Shown here: one piece after another, positions 63,831-64,000 of the stretch
Layout of the letters: every line of letters starts with the position of its first letter
Position numbering within the stretch: position 1 is the stretch's first letter
Assembly (NCBI GenBank): GCA_964590315.1
Contig: CAZPVS010000003.1
Span: 16,699-80,698 of the forward strand
Source: an uncultured Candidatus Saccharibacteria bacterium
GTDB lineage: Bacteria > Patescibacteriota > Saccharimonadia > Saccharimonadales > JALRHH01
Direction: 5' to 3'
Length of the DNA stretch: 64,000 nucleotides
Program-made: the position numbers and the translations under genes
The notes under the pieces: model-generated
Databases searched by the model: none
What the model was told of the DNA's origin: nothing
What the model saw: only the letters and a program-made list of their open reading frames with translations

Positions 63831-64000
63831 GCCATCCATTATCCGGTTTTACAAAGCGTCCTAAGTATATATTTCACTGCACAGCCGTCCTCACAAGAAA
63901 TTTCACGTAACCCTACTCGTGAAAACTTTTGCTACTATATCTGCGTTTATATCATATATGATCTAGCACTCCTTTATGAACCTACCATATATGATATATC

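Noticed and set aside
1-64000. Alternative genetic code (UGA recoding), as used by some candidate-phyla bacteria.
   Set aside because: All conserved genes translate full-length with the standard code and end at ordinary stops. No in-frame UGA has to be read through.

Overview
The window is a compact bacterial chromosome segment with two kinds of content. The first is ordinary housekeeping genes: rplU, ileS with a T-box leader, nrdR-nrdJ, ftsA-ftsZ, map, adk, a yqeY-like gene, rpsU, priA, def-fmt, infB, rpsA and a ROK kinase. The second is five giant ORFs of 1445-2768 aa, totalling 34,326 nt, or about 54% of the window. All five lie on the minus strand and all begin with a basic tail plus a single TM helix.

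The giant genes fall into two classes:
- Three are Thr/Ser/Gly/Asn/Ala-rich fibre proteins. Their modules resemble phage tail fibres and tailspikes: a parallel beta-helix, CBM-like beta-sandwiches, a collagen-like tract, a Peptidase_S74 chaperone domain and an H-type-lectin-like end.
- Two are multi-Kelch beta-propeller proteins.

The most interesting signals are:
1. A duplicated gene pair, giant fibre followed by Kelch propeller, with a small cassette between the two copies encoding an HxH fibre-tip-like protein and a GDPD phosphodiesterase.
2. A 952-bp tract that is perfectly identical between the two fibre genes, 13,240 bp apart. Identity decays on one side only, which looks like recent gene conversion, and the tract lies within the beta-helix-encoding segment.
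3. Mosaic near-identical repeats inside fibre B and a tandem Cys-pair repeat array inside fibre C.
4. A 2690-aa ORF that fuses two N-terminal MerR/excisionase-type HTH domains, a TM helix and a giant tail-fibre-like ectodomain.

Gene content and architecture suggest a Patescibacteria/CPR episymbiont, possibly Saccharibacteria-like. This is inference; no marker search was possible. I saw no rRNA, tRNA, CRISPR array, transposase, integrase or reverse transcriptase. All domain calls come from reading motifs by eye. No HMM or BLAST search could be run.
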